Source: an uncultured Chloroflexia bacterium (GTDB lineage Bacteria > Chloroflexota > Chloroflexia > QHBQ01 > JADMIH01). Taken from it: a stretch of DNA of 64,000 bases. The stretch lies in assembly GCA_963797095.1 (NCBI GenBank), contig CAWCNY010000005.1, forward strand, positions 320,001 through 384,000, given 5' to 3'. The notes under the pieces are model-generated. The model saw nothing but the letters and a program-made list of their open reading frames with translations, made no database searches and was not told the DNA's origin. Position 1 is the first letter of the stretch; every line of letters begins with the position of its first letter. This document shows, in pieces, positions 28,400-37,912 of the stretch. The position numbers and the translations under genes were made by a program.

Positions 28400-29998
28400 C
28401 TAGTTCTGAGGCTGGGTGGGAAAATCAGCAGGAGGGGCAGCCTTGCTGGGGGCAGTCACAGCAGGAGCGATTACCGGAGCATCGGGTACATCGTACACCG
28501 ATCCGCCTGTCGTCGGGGCTGGCATCGCTGGCGCCATCCTCTCCGTCTCATGCCCTGTCCTCAATGCGTCTATCCTCCAGTCGAAACTGAAGTTCCCTGT
28601 CCCCTTCCCTAGCTCCCTCACCTCAAAGCTCGTGGCTGTTTCGTTGCCTACCGCGAGACCGAGGGTATCGAAGGACTTGGGGGTAACAAACACCTGATAA
28701 CCGGCACTCAGGTTGACGCCTGCAGCGTACACAGGGTCGATGTTGATCACCGCTCGTCCATTCACCAACTGCGCTGTCCCCTGGTCACTGTACACGTTCT
28801 GCGTAAACTCCACAGCGTACATCTGCCTCTCTGACCCGTCCGACTGCTTCACCGAGCTGCAGCATGTCCCTGTCACATGCAGGTTGCCTGTCACATACAC
28901 ATGCCCGTATGTGTTGGGGAGACTGCCTGTGATCAGTGCGTAGTAGGAGGAGTTGCGGGTGTAGAAGCGTGCACCCTCGGTGGTGTTGGAGCCCATAACT
29001 CCACCAGGGCCGTTGGCCGAGTAGCCGTAGAAGCCCGAGCCTGAGCCTGAGTTGGACCCAAAGAGAGCCACACCTGTGGAGGAGGTGCCATACACACCGT
29101 TACCTGAGGAGCTTATGCCATACACCCCATAGTTGGTACCTGTCCCGTACACTCCTATATACCCGCTGGTGCCGTACACTCCGTAGCCTGAGGTGCTTAT
29201 GCCATATATACCTGCACCAGTGGCTGTACCATACACGCCGACATTGCCGCTGCTGCCGTATACACCAAAGCTGGATGTGCCGGTGGCCGCGCCGTATACA
29301 CCGTAACCGTTTGTGCCGCCGCCGCCGTATACGCCATAGCTGCCAGAACTGGCACCGTAGACGCCATAGCCGCTGGTGCTGGAACCATAGACCCCAAGGC
29401 CTGAAACGCTGGTGCCCAGAACACCCCAGCCGCTACCATTCTGAGAGCCCCACACACCGATGCCACTGCCGCTCGTGCCGTTGTTTTGGCCGCGCACACC
29501 GGTGCTGGACCCACCTGGGGATGTAGGCGTTACCTCACCATAGATCGCGTATGCGCTGCCTGTTGTGGAAACAGTATTCCCGTAGACAGCGGCATTAGCA
29601 GCGCCTGCACCTGTGGTTCCCAGGTGCTGGGCATAGACGCCTCGACCATTGGTAGATTGCGCCCAGAGCGCCGTGCCGTTGGTCGCAGATGACTGGTAAG
29701 CACGTAGCGAGACGGAACCGTCTGTGGAGCTGCTGGAGGTAAAGTACCAGGCACCGGCACCGGAGCTGCCATAGGAGCTGGAAAAGTTGGTAATGCCTGT
29801 GCCGCTGTTGCTGGTATCGCCCTGGAGGGCATAGGCGTCGGGTGAGTTGGTGACTTGCTGGCCGTTGGCATCGCCGGAGGCAGAGCCGGAGCCTTTGGGG
29901 GTGGCCGCGAAGCCTGGGGTAGCCAGGGCTGCGATAGCCAGTACCGAGATAAGGATAGTCAGTAGCCGAATGCGCTTGTGCGAGATACGTGCAAACAT
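28400..29998 (-). CDS. Secreted Gly/Ser-rich GVYG-repeat protein (copy 2, longer repeat tract)
   Basis: Same start (MFARISHKR) and AGGAG RBS as copy 1; 38 additional residues in the repeat region. Confidence 0.85.
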   Translation of the reverse strand: MFARISHKRIRLLTILISVLAIAALATPGFAATPKGSGSASGDANGQQVTNSPDAYALQGDTSNSGTGITNFSSSYGSSGAGAWYFTSSSSTDGSVSLRAYQSSATNGTALWAQSTNGRGVYAQHLGTTGAGAANAAVYGNTVSTTGSAYAIYGEVTPTSPGGSSTGVRGQNNGTSGSGIGVWGSQNGSGWGVLGTSVSGLGVYGSSTSGYGVYGASSGSYGVYGGGGTNGYGVYGAATGTSSFGVYGSSGNVGVYGTATGAGIYGISTSGYGVYGTSGYIGVYGTGTNYGVYGISSSGNGVYGTSSTGVALFGSNSGSGSGFYGYSANGPGGVMGSNTTEGARFYTRNSSYYALITGSLPNTYGHVYVTGNLHVTGTCCSSVKQSDGSERQMYAVEFTQNVYSDQGTAQLVNGRAVINIDPVYAAGVNLSAGYQVFVTPKSFDTLGLAVGNETATSFEVRELGKGTGNFSFDWRIDALRTGHETERMAPAMPAPTTGGSVYDVPDAPVIAPAVTAPSKAAPPADFPTQPQN

Positions 29999-30146
29999 GG
30001 GTTCTCTCCTTTTCGTTGCAAGCCGGGAATCTGGCAAATACGAAGACCGTAGCTCGCTAACTCCTCGCCAGGATGATCCTGGAAAACAAAACGTTGAACC
30101 CTGACAATCGTCTCAAGTGAGGTAAGCGGAAATAGCTACGGTAAAG

Positions 30147-30179
30147 TAGATTAAAGCACAAATCAGGGGAGAATGGAAG
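30147..30179 (-). promoter_or_regulatory. Promoter of copy 2
   Basis: TTCCAT, 17 bp, TTTAAT with a TG extension, conserved with 28163-28195 while the flanks differ. Confidence 0.6.
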
Positions 30180-30310
30180 ACCTTTGGTGTACCAGTTTAC
30201 TACCAACTTTCGTAGGCATGTAGGACGCACGAGTGGGAGAGACTGGAATACCGTTGGCCCAGGCAGAAGGCTACCCTGCAAATGTCATCAGGGTAGGTCA
30301 GGAAAAGACA

Positions 30311-30730
30311 CTAAGAGGAGGCTTCCTCGAACAGGATGTCTTGTGCACCCTCCCAAAGGGCAAGTTTGCCGAGGTCGCTGAGGTGTTGATGGCCGTCGAT
30401 GATGGTAAGGAAGTGGTTGCCCGCGAGTTGCCCCACTTTGCTGGCGAAGCGACAACTGCCGTATGGGAAGAGAATTTCAGTCTCGCTCAGGCCGCCGGGA
30501 TAAAAGAGGATTTCGCCTTTGGAGGGGTGCGAGGTGTGGTTTTCGTAACCCACTCCCAGGTCGAAGTCGCCAAGAGGTATCCAACAAGCTTCTCCGCTCC
30601 AACGAGCGTGGATGATCTTCTGGCGATAAGGAAGGAGCTTCGTGAAGGCGGCGCAAGTAGCAGGAGCGTCGTCAAGCTCCAGGCGAGCGGTGAATAAGTA
30701 AGGACCGGCGGCGATCTTGAGCAGTTTCAT
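30311..30730 (-). CDS. DUF3830-family protein
   Basis: APATCAAF...LPYRQKIIHARWSGEACWIPLG...ENHTSHP...YPGGLSETEIL...FASKVGQLAGNHFLTI. Confidence 0.88.
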   Translation of the reverse strand: MKLLKIAAGPYLFTARLELDDAPATCAAFTKLLPYRQKIIHARWSGEACWIPLGDFDLGVGYENHTSHPSKGEILFYPGGLSETEILFPYGSCRFASKVGQLAGNHFLTIIDGHQHLSDLGKLALWEGAQDILFEEASS

Positions 30731-30740
30731 CAAGCCCTCC

Positions 30741-31217
30741 TCATTCCGACGACACAAGTAGCTCGCGCAGTTTTGCGAGGCATTTGAGGACGTCGGCGCG
30801 GTTCTTGCCGAGCTTCATCCATTCAGGCAGCCTGCTGGCGAGGGTGGCATTCCAGTGTGTCTCTCGGAAGTCGGCGCGCACGAAGTCCTCCATGAACTGG
30901 AGGTGGTGCTGGTTGATGGCCCAGAGAAGCTCGCCGGAGCAGTTCGTTTGCAGCCAGAGAGGAAAGCCAAAATACCAGTCGTTGCCGCCCGCGGCCTTAA
31001 CGCGCTTGCCCTCCCATTCTTTCACGTAACCACAGTATTCGCAGGTGATCCGCCTGGGCGCGAATAGCAGGCGAGTGTACGGATAGGGGTGGGCCAGCCA
31101 GTCTGTCATATCGCGAGGCATTATTCGAGCGCATTTGTCGCAGCGCGGGCAGCGCACAAGGAAGAGGTCGCTGAACTCGTAAAGATATCTTCGGTTGCCT
31201 TTGAAGTGAGTGCTCAT
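30741..31217 (-). CDS. Small Zn-ribbon hypothetical protein
   Basis: CPRC and CEYC pairs, DWYFGFPLWLQ, LASRLPEWM; start overlaps the xdh stop. Confidence 0.75.
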   Translation of the reverse strand: MSTHFKGNRRYLYEFSDLFLVRCPRCDKCARIMPRDMTDWLAHPYPYTRLLFAPRRITCEYCGYVKEWEGKRVKAAGGNDWYFGFPLWLQTNCSGELLWAINQHHLQFMEDFVRADFRETHWNATLASRLPEWMKLGKNRADVLKCLAKLRELLVSSE

Positions 31218-33409
31218 GGTTTTGCTAGTGCCGCCAGTACGCGTTCCGGGGTGATTGGTTGCTGGGAGAGCCACACGCCGGTGGCGTCGTGGATGGCTAT
31301 GGCGACGGCAGCAGTGAAGGGGACCAGGGGCATTTCGGCCATCCCGCGAGCGCCATAGGGGCCGTCGGGATCGGCATTCTCCAGGATGATGGGGGTTATC
31401 TCATCGGGCATATCGAGAGCAGTGGGGAGGAGGTAGGTGCTGAAATAGGGCGTTATCACTTTGCCGTCCTGCATCTGGAAGTCTTCGAGGAGGGCGTAGC
31501 CGAGGGCCTGGGCCAGACATCCTTCGACCTGGCCTTCTACTAGCTGCTTGTTGACCGCTTTGCCCACATCGTGAACGCTTATCACCCTGGTGACGCGCAC
31601 CAGGCCGGTTAGGGTATCAACGTCGACCTCTACGGCCTGGGCCGCATAGCCGTAGGCATAGTTGGGTCTGCCCGCTGTGGTCTCTTTGTCAAGGGGTGTG
31701 GTGGAGGGAGGGCGATATTGTACGCGAGCGCGAGCAGGACGCTCGCCCGACTGCCACTTTTCGAGGGCGGCGCGGGCGGCATCGTGCACGGCCCTGCCGC
31801 CCATGAAGGTCATGCGCGAAGCGGAGGCGCTCCCGGCGTTGGGAGCCTGGGCGCTGTCGTCGGTGACCATCTCGATCAGAGGAGCCTCACCCGCTCCGCT
31901 CTCGTGCTCGAAGGGCAGGCCGAGTGCTTCGGCAGCGATTTGCCGCAAGATCGTGTGCGTGCCCTGGCCAACATCGGCAGCGCCCACCCGCACGGTCGCA
32001 TGTTCGATGCGGTCTGAGCCGTACAATTCTACCTCGGCGGTGGCCTGCTCAGGGTATCCGAACGAATATCCGATGTTCTTCATGCCGCAAGCGATACCGG
32101 TGCCGCGCTTGATGGAGGAGGGGTAAGAGTGCGAGTGGGGCGATGTGGGATCGAAGTAGGAGCGGTCGCGGGCTTCCTGAACGCAGCGTTCGAGCACAGG
32201 GAGAGCACTCACACCTGGAGGGAGGGGTTGTTGTGAAGGCTCGATGCTGCCTTCGCGGTAGATATTCTTGCGGCGGAGGTCTATAGGGTCGATGCCGAGG
32301 GCATGGGCTAGGCGCGTGACCATACTTTCGGCGGCGAACTGGGCCTGCGGTGCGCCGAACCCTCTAAAGGCACCGGCAGGGAGGTTGTTGGTATAGACAA
32401 CATAGCCGTCGGCCCAGATGTTTGGTATCTCGTAGCATCCACTGGCCAAAAGGGTGGCTATCTTGAGGACTTCGACGCTTGTGGAAGCATAAGCTCCGCC
32501 GTCGGCCAATAGCTCGGCCTGGACTGCCACGATACGGCCATCGCGCATAGCTCCCCACTTACACTTAATCAAGAAGGGGTGGCGCTTATGGTGAGCGGTC
32601 ATCGATTCCTCGCGGTTCCAGACCACAGCAACGGGCTGCTTCAACTTCCAGGCGGCCAGGGCCAGCAAGTGCTGGATGGAGAGGTCTTCGCGCCCGCCGA
32701 ATGCCCCACCTATACCAACGTAACGCACGATCACGTCATCGGGAGGGAGTGCCAGCATCTCGGCTATCTGCCTGCGGTCTTCATGGAGCCATTGGCCGGA
32801 TGTTTCGATGACCAGCTTGCCGGACTTGTCAACGTAGGCAATTCCAGCTTCGGGTTGGAGGTATGCGTGCTCTTGCCATGTGGTAGAGAACTCGCCTTCG
32901 AGGACTATGTCGGCCTCGGTGAGAGCACGAGGGGCGTCGCCCTTGCGAACGGGGATGTGTCCAAGAAGGTTGGTGCCGTGAGATTCGTGAACGAGTGGCA
33001 CACCGGGCAAGAGGGCTGAGCGCGGGTCAGTGACTGCGGGGAGGTCTTCGTAATTGATGCGCACCAGCTTTGCGCCCGCCTCGGCTGCTTCCTCGGTTTC
33101 GGCGACCACCAGCGCCACGCGGTCGCCTACATAGCGGACTACGGTCTTGCACAGGGCAGGCTGATCGGCTTCTACCAGGCCATAGGCGTTTTGAGGCACA
33201 TCGGATGCGGTGAACACCGCCACCACGCCGGGGTGCGCCAGGGCCTCAGAGGTATCAATGTTCAATATGCGGGCGTGAGGCCGGTGGGAGAAGACGAGCT
33301 TGAGACGCAACATGTCTTCCCGCACTAAGTCGGCGGGATAGAGCGCCCCGCCCGTGACTTTGCCTAGGGCATCAGGCTTGGGGATAGATGCCCCTATCAG
33401 GCTATCCAT
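31214..33409 (-). CDS. Xanthine dehydrogenase-family molybdopterin-binding subunit
   Basis: DALGKVTG, QEHAYLQPE, GGAFGGRED, AFRGFGAPQ, DVGQG, GSASASR, GARGMAE (catalytic Glu). Confidence 0.95.
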   Translation of the reverse strand: MDSLIGASIPKPDALGKVTGGALYPADLVREDMLRLKLVFSHRPHARILNIDTSEALAHPGVVAVFTASDVPQNAYGLVEADQPALCKTVVRYVGDRVALVVAETEEAAEAGAKLVRINYEDLPAVTDPRSALLPGVPLVHESHGTNLLGHIPVRKGDAPRALTEADIVLEGEFSTTWQEHAYLQPEAGIAYVDKSGKLVIETSGQWLHEDRRQIAEMLALPPDDVIVRYVGIGGAFGGREDLSIQHLLALAAWKLKQPVAVVWNREESMTAHHKRHPFLIKCKWGAMRDGRIVAVQAELLADGGAYASTSVEVLKIATLLASGCYEIPNIWADGYVVYTNNLPAGAFRGFGAPQAQFAAESMVTRLAHALGIDPIDLRRKNIYREGSIEPSQQPLPPGVSALPVLERCVQEARDRSYFDPTSPHSHSYPSSIKRGTGIACGMKNIGYSFGYPEQATAEVELYGSDRIEHATVRVGAADVGQGTHTILRQIAAEALGLPFEHESGAGEAPLIEMVTDDSAQAPNAGSASASRMTFMGGRAVHDAARAALEKWQSGERPARARVQYRPPSTTPLDKETTAGRPNYAYGYAAQAVEVDVDTLTGLVRVTRVISVHDVGKAVNKQLVEGQVEGCLAQALGYALLEDFQMQDGKVITPYFSTYLLPTALDMPDEITPIILENADPDGPYGARGMAEMPLVPFTAAVAIAIHDATGVWLSQQPITPERVLAALAKP

Positions 33410-34832
33410 TTTGACCGCCCCCTGCGTCCAGCATGGCGTCCACTATCTTGCGGTAGCCGGTGCAGCGGCAGATGTTGCCACTTATACCCACCAGCGCTTC
33501 GTCGCGGCCCGCATGCGGACGCTCATCGAGCAATTTAGCTCCCGCCATGATCATACCCGGTATGCAGAAGCCACACTGGACGGCTCCGTTATCGATGAAA
33601 GCGCGCTGGAGAGGGTGTAGATTGTCGGGCGTGCCGCCCATCTCAGCCAGGCCTTCGATTGTGACTATCTCAGAGTTGTGGGCCTGGGGCGCCGGCACAA
33701 GGCACGACATGACGGCAGCGCCATTGAGCCAGACTGTGCAGGCCCCGCATTCACCTTCGGCGCAGCCCTCTTTGCTGCCGGTCAGCCCGGCGTTCTCACG
33801 TAGAGCGTCGAGGAGAGATTTGTTGTGCGCACCCTGCAGATCATAGGGCTGGCCGTTGATGGTTGCGTGGATTGTGCCCGAGAAAGGCACGGCATTGGTG
33901 AGCGCAAATCCTCGCTTTTGTTCGTGCGAGGTATCAAGCAAGATAGGATTGTCTGGGAAGCCTTCCCGCTCGCGCCCCTGAGATATGCGGGTAAGATTGT
34001 CGGAAACCAGGGCAGATAGGGTATTCAGGCGATATTGAGCCGAGCCACGCAGGTCTCCAATTGGCTTCGCGCTGAGGCATGCCAGGGCACCAGCCTCGGT
34101 GCATACCTGCGGATCGAGGCGCTTGCCAACGAGGAATCGCTCGGCATCGGGAGCACGCACTATGGTTGGCGCAACACACCCCAGGGCGATTCGCGCGTCG
34201 GTTATCGGGCCGTTTATGCCGCCGTCGAACGCGAGCACACACCCCGCGTGGATCACCGAGATGGCCTGGGCGCGGCGCAGACCTAACCTTTGCCAGATGC
34301 CACGTTCATTATTGCCGAGCGCTGGGAAACGGATTTCACATACTATCTCGTTGGACTGCAAGACGGTGCGGCGCACACCCAGGTAAAACGCGTCCAGAGG
34401 GATGTTGCGCTCACCGTCGAGGCTTGTTAGGGTGAGCTCGGCGGACAGGGATATGAGCGCCGCAATAGTATCGTTGGCAGGCGAGGCCGTCACGAGGTTG
34501 CCCGCTACCGTGGCACGAGCGCGTATCTGTGGCGCACCTACTTCGATACAGGCCTGGGCCAGGGGAAGTCCAGCCGCCGCGCACTCAGGCGATGCGAGCA
34601 CGTCATTGTGGGTTGCAAGCCCACCGATTCGCACAAAACCATCCTGCACACGGGTGTATCTCAACTCGTGCAATCGCGTTATGTCAATTAGAATGTCCGT
34701 GGGCTTGATGCCGCGCTGTAGCTCCACCAGCACATCGGTGCCGCCCGACACGATTCGCGCCTGTCCGGCGTGCTGTTGTAGGAGTTGGAGGGTTTCAGCG
34801 AGGGTTGTGGGTTGGAAATAGGTGTGCCACAT
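33402..34832 (-). CDS. Xanthine dehydrogenase FAD-binding plus 2x[2Fe-2S] fusion subunit
   Basis: SGGTD, QIRARATVAGN, SPAND (FAD); then KEGCAEGECGACTV, QCGFCIPG, GNICRCTGY (FeS). Confidence 0.93.
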   Translation of the reverse strand: MWHTYFQPTTLAETLQLLQQHAGQARIVSGGTDVLVELQRGIKPTDILIDITRLHELRYTRVQDGFVRIGGLATHNDVLASPECAAAGLPLAQACIEVGAPQIRARATVAGNLVTASPANDTIAALISLSAELTLTSLDGERNIPLDAFYLGVRRTVLQSNEIVCEIRFPALGNNERGIWQRLGLRRAQAISVIHAGCVLAFDGGINGPITDARIALGCVAPTIVRAPDAERFLVGKRLDPQVCTEAGALACLSAKPIGDLRGSAQYRLNTLSALVSDNLTRISQGREREGFPDNPILLDTSHEQKRGFALTNAVPFSGTIHATINGQPYDLQGAHNKSLLDALRENAGLTGSKEGCAEGECGACTVWLNGAAVMSCLVPAPQAHNSEIVTIEGLAEMGGTPDNLHPLQRAFIDNGAVQCGFCIPGMIMAGAKLLDERPHAGRDEALVGISGNICRCTGYRKIVDAMLDAGGGQNG

Positions 34833-34905
34833 ATTTTGGTGACGAGTGACGAGTGATTATTGCGGGTCGCGTGCTGCTAGTTGCATGGTGCTGGTTGGCT
34901 ATTAC

Positions 34906-36288
34906 TCATTTCTCGGGGTTGATGGCGGCGGTGTTTGTGTCGGAGTGCTGGGGTTGCACCAGGCGACCTATGGGGTGTGAGGTAACTTTGCCTTGCGTGT
35001 AGACTATTTTGCCTCGCAGGATTGTGCTGACTATTCGACCCTGCATAGACTTGCCTATATAGGGGCTGTGTGGGTGGCGATAGAGAAGATCTTCGGATTG
35101 GAGGGTCCGGCGGTCGCGCAGGTCTACTATGGCGAAGTCTGCATCAGCGCCCGGCTCGATGCGACCCTTGTTTACTATGTCGAACCTGCGTGCGACGTAA
35201 GCAGAAGTGGCCTGGGCGATTACATTTAGCGGTAGTTTACGCACAAAATGCCCATCCGTCAACAGCAGTGTCAGGAGCGATTGGCAACCTGAGATGCCGC
35301 CCCAAATCTTGAAGAAGTCGCTGCCTGTCTTCATATAGGCAGGGGCGGGCGAGTGGTCGGATGCTACCATTGGGAGGGTGCCATTACGCAGATGATTCCA
35401 GAGAGCATCTCGTTCGGCTGCCGAGCGTATAGGGGGCGCGCATTTCGCCACCGCACCAAGTCGCTCTACATCTTCATCTGTAAGGACAAGATAGTGCGGG
35501 CAGGTTTCGCATGACACATCGAGGCCGCGCGCCCTGGCCTCGGCTACGAGCGCCACGCCGCGGCCACTGCTGACATGGACGATGTGCAGTTTGCATCCTG
35601 TCTCCTTGGCAAGAAAGATAGCCCCGGTGATCGCTTCAAGCTCGGCTGTAACGGGGCGCGAGTTGAGGTAATCACGAGGAGAGGTCCGCTTCTGGGATAT
35701 GTAGCGTTCCGCGAGATTGTGGGTGATCGCGTCGTTTTCGGCGTGGAGTGCTACTATGAGGCCCAGCCGGGCCAACTCGCGCATGCCCTCGTACAAAGTG
35801 AGATCGTCGGAGGCCGGGAAGTCATCAATACCGCTGTTGGACATGAACGCCTTGTATCCCACTACCCCACGCGCGGCGAGTTCTTCCAGATTGGCAAGGT
35901 TACCTGGCACTATGCCGCCCCAGAGGCCGAAGTCAACAAGCGAGTTTGCCTGTGCGGCTGCAAGCTTGAGGTCGAAAGCCTCGGCTGTGGTGACGGGTGG
36001 GTGGGAGTTGAGAGGCATATCGAAGTAGGTGGTGGTGCCGCCTGCAGCGGCGGCGTTACTGCCTGTGCGAAAGCCTTCCCATTCAGTGCGGCCCGGCTCA
36101 TTGAAGTGGAGGTGGGCATCGATCACGCCTGGAAATATGTGGAGGCCGGTGGCGTCCATTTCCTCTCTTGTAGCGCCTTCGATCTGAGGGGCAAGGTCGG
36201 CGACGCGCCCGTCTTGAACAGCAATGCCAGTCTCCTCTGTGCCCTGAGGAGTGACAAGCGCGCCATTGCGGATTAGGAGGTCGTACAT
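34906..36288 (-). CDS. allB: Allantoinase
   Basis: PGVIDAHLHFNEPGRTEWEGF, DMPLNS, LHAEN, ETCPHYL, AKCAPPIR, SDHSP, WGGISG. Confidence 0.93.
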   Translation of the reverse strand: MYDLLIRNGALVTPQGTEETGIAVQDGRVADLAPQIEGATREEMDATGLHIFPGVIDAHLHFNEPGRTEWEGFRTGSNAAAAGGTTTYFDMPLNSHPPVTTAEAFDLKLAAAQANSLVDFGLWGGIVPGNLANLEELAARGVVGYKAFMSNSGIDDFPASDDLTLYEGMRELARLGLIVALHAENDAITHNLAERYISQKRTSPRDYLNSRPVTAELEAITGAIFLAKETGCKLHIVHVSSGRGVALVAEARARGLDVSCETCPHYLVLTDEDVERLGAVAKCAPPIRSAAERDALWNHLRNGTLPMVASDHSPAPAYMKTGSDFFKIWGGISGCQSLLTLLLTDGHFVRKLPLNVIAQATSAYVARRFDIVNKGRIEPGADADFAIVDLRDRRTLQSEDLLYRHPHSPYIGKSMQGRIVSTILRGKIVYTQGKVTSHPIGRLVQPQHSDTNTAAINPEK

Positions 36289-36301
36289 AGGCGGTTGGAG
36301 A

Positions 36302-37543
36302 TCAGGTGATGGCCGTTTGATCGGCTGCCAGCAATTCAACAAAGCGGACCAGCACACCAATGGCTACCGCTACGTCTTGCACAGCAACCAGCTCGGCGGG
36401 ATTGTGGCTTATGCCGCCTTCGCAGCGCACAAAGAGCATCGCGACTTCTGTAATTGCGGACATAGGCACGGCGTCATGCCCCGCTCCGCTCGGCAGAAAA
36501 CGTGCCGGGAACCCCGCGTCCATGACCGCATGCGCGAATAATTCACGAAGTCTGGGCGAACCGCGCACAGAAGGATTCTCCTGTACTATATACCAGGCCA
36601 GGTCAACGCCGCGCCGGGCAGCAATCGCCGAGGCGCGTTCTTTCAGCGTATCGCATGCATCCAGCCGCACGTGGTCTTCGGCGTGCCTTATATCCAAACT
36701 TAGCTGCGCCTGACCAGGGATAACATTGCTCGCGCCAGGCTGCACAGCCAACTGCCCAACGGTCGCAACCAGATCCGCCGTGGATTGCGCCAAAGTCTCT
36801 ACAGCAAGGATGAATTCAGCGGCGGCGCACAGGGCATCATGGCGGGCATGCATGGGCACAGTGCCTGCATGACCCGCTACGCCCAGGAAAGTTACCTCAA
36901 AGCGCGATTGCCCTGAAATGGCGGACACTATTCCAACAGGCAAATCTTCAGCCTCGAGGATGGGGCCTTGCTCGATATGCACTTCGCAGTAGCCCAGCAG
37001 CGTTGAGGGGTCAAGAGCATCGGTTGGTATGTGGTTAGGGTCGCCACCGAAGTCGTGGATCGCGTCGGCCATTGTGACACCATCGGAGTCGGAGAGATCG
37101 AGGTAGGCTGGGTCGAACGTGCCGGAGAGGGCTTTGCTGCCCAGGTATGCGGTGTGATAGCGCAGACCTTCTTCGTCGGCAAAAGCAACCACTTCAACGT
37201 TGAACGGGAGGCTGGTGCGCATCTCATGCAAGTGCAGAACGCAGGCAATGGCGACCAGTACGCCCAACGGGCCATCGTACTTACCCGCGTCGCGTACCGT
37301 ATCAAGGTGCGAACCTAGCAAAAGAGTTTTCGCCGTCCCACTCGTAGCATACAAGCCGATCAGGTTGCCTATGTTGTCGCGGCGAACCGACATACCGGCT
37401 GCGCGCATCCATTCGGCGACGAGGCGGTTTGCTTCTCGCATTGGAGGGGTGGCGAAGCGCCTCATGAGAAGCTCAGGCTCTTCGCTGAGCATGCCCAACA
37501 CATTGGCCCTAACCATTATCGTTCGCGCGGCTCGTAAGTACAT
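36302..37543 (-). CDS. allC: Allantoate amidohydrolase (M20 family)
   Basis: GSHLDTV, GKYDGPLG, DEEGLR, EVHIEQGP, SGAGHDA, GGISHNPAE; operon context. Confidence 0.9.
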   Translation of the reverse strand: MYLRAARTIMVRANVLGMLSEEPELLMRRFATPPMREANRLVAEWMRAAGMSVRRDNIGNLIGLYATSGTAKTLLLGSHLDTVRDAGKYDGPLGVLVAIACVLHLHEMRTSLPFNVEVVAFADEEGLRYHTAYLGSKALSGTFDPAYLDLSDSDGVTMADAIHDFGGDPNHIPTDALDPSTLLGYCEVHIEQGPILEAEDLPVGIVSAISGQSRFEVTFLGVAGHAGTVPMHARHDALCAAAEFILAVETLAQSTADLVATVGQLAVQPGASNVIPGQAQLSLDIRHAEDHVRLDACDTLKERASAIAARRGVDLAWYIVQENPSVRGSPRLRELFAHAVMDAGFPARFLPSGAGHDAVPMSAITEVAMLFVRCEGGISHNPAELVAVQDVAVAIGVLVRFVELLAADQTAIT

Positions 37544-37909
37544 TCAGCTGCCCCTGTAGGTGCTATAGGCCCAGGGTGAGACGAGCAGAGGTACGTGATA
37601 GTGGCTGTTCGCGTCAGCGATGCCAAAGCGAATGGGCACTCTCTCGAGGAAGGGTGGGTCGGATGCAATGTAGCCCTGGCGAACGAAGTAGTTCGCTACC
37701 AGAAAGACCAGCTCGTAAATGCCCGGTTGGACGTCGTCTCCTTCCAGGAGAGGTTCAGCAAGGCGACCATCTTCGCCGGTCATGGCGCCTTTCAGGAGGG
37801 TGTGTTTGCTCAGCCCTGAAGGGTCTATCCTCCACAACTCAATCTCCATTTGGGCCGCAGGACCGCCATTGGCAATATCTAGCACATGAGTGGTAAGGCG
37901 ACCAGGCAT
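37544..37909 (-). CDS. uraH: 5-hydroxyisourate hydrolase
   Basis: LTTHVLD, DGR, HYHVPLLVSPWAYSTYRGS. Confidence 0.97.
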   Translation of the reverse strand: MPGRLTTHVLDIANGGPAAQMEIELWRIDPSGLSKHTLLKGAMTGEDGRLAEPLLEGDDVQPGIYELVFLVANYFVRQGYIASDPPFLERVPIRFGIADANSHYHVPLLVSPWAYSTYRGS

Positions 37910-37912
37910 GAT

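Noticed and set aside
26571-29998. Diversity-generating retroelement (TR/VR pair) explaining the two paralogues
   Set aside because: No reverse transcriptase in the window, both copies are full genes, and the differences are not confined to adenines.
26571-30300. Prophage remnant suggested by the tail-like domains
   Set aside because: The proteins have signal peptides, their own promoters and a terminator, and no other phage genes are present.
31214-34832. Link between XDH and tRNA-Sec (selenoprotein XDH)
   Set aside because: Both ORFs are open without in-frame TGA, and Se-dependent XDHs use a labile Se cofactor rather than Sec.
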